Positions 35,617-35,882 of a DNA stretch of 35,882 nt are shown here, in pieces. Source of the DNA: a virus (Duplodnaviria > Caudoviricetes); the IMG/VR virus record IMGVR_UViG_3300011334_000183, positions 1 through 35,882 of that record; one strand, written 5' to 3'. Made by a program: the position numbers and the translations under genes. Numbering within the stretch: position 1 is the stretch's first letter; every line of letters starts with the position of its first letter. Below the pieces are notes generated by a model. It did not search any database, was not told where the DNA came from, and saw only the letters and a list, made by a program, of their open reading frames with translations.

Positions 35617-35882
35617 AATGAGTGCAAACATATTATTCATTTCAGAGCAAACGCTAAAAGATAGAAGTTTGTTGCAAGATAACATAGACCCGAAGTTAAT
35701 CAAACCTACGATTAAACAAGCGCAAGATATTTATATTGAACCTATTTTGGGTACTGGTTTATATCGTCAGCTTCAAACTCAAATAGCTGCTAATAATGTT
35801 AGTGTATTAAACAAGACATTATTGGATAATTATATTACCGATTGTTTATGCTGGTATGTGGCTTCAGAGATGGTTATGTCTT
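33737..35882 (+). repeat. Imperfect terminal direct repeat, right copy
   Basis: Colinear with 1-2146. Confidence 0.97.
35618..35882 (+). CDS. Head-tail connector, 3'-truncated second copy
   Basis: Begins MSANILFISEQTLKDRSLLQDNIDP; homologous to 1882-2475. Confidence 0.85.
   Translation, partial: MSANILFISEQTLKDRSLLQDNIDPKLIKPTIKQAQDIYIEPILGTGLYRQLQTQIAANNVSVLNKTLLDNYITDCLCWYVASEMVMS

Noticed and set aside
1-35882. Alternative genetic code / stop-codon reassignment
   Set aside because: The standard code gives dense, tightly coupled full-length genes ending in TAA, TAG and TGA.

Overview
The window is essentially one complete ~33.7-kb circularly permuted genome of a tailed, siphovirus-like phage, most likely infecting a Bacteroidota (Flavobacteria-like) host. 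The host call rests on AT-richness, A-rich leaders without Shine-Dalgarno sites, TAnnTTTG promoter boxes and typical gene families. Positions 33737-35882 repeat positions 1-2146 without indels. They are identical for exactly 127 nt and diverged afterwards, so the unit length is 33,736 bp and the contig end probably comes from a related strain. Modules in order: portal/connector; lysis (DUF5675 lysin, holin, u-spanin); early small genes; ERF/exonuclease/SSB recombination; replication (DnaA-like HTH, DUF4373 initiator with internal iterons, C5 MTase, helicase); VRR-NUC and a phage sigma factor; a ParB + TET-associated glycosyltransferase + TET/JBP DNA-hypermodification cluster next to HNH/terminase; tail and head genes; a small reverse-strand island; tail fibre. 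I saw no integrase, repressor, tRNA or CRISPR. Most notable: (i) a second, non-coding, gapless copy of the replication-origin architecture at ~29974-30063 between two divergent promoters; (ii) a TTATATTTA-N5-ATG late-promoter/leaderless motif; (iii) strong, mosaic CCGG enrichment with CCGG versus CTGG/CCAG swaps between the two strain copies; (iv) the TET/TAGT system; (v) a portal fused to winged-helix and Cys/His C-terminal domains. All family calls come from motif recognition, not database searches.
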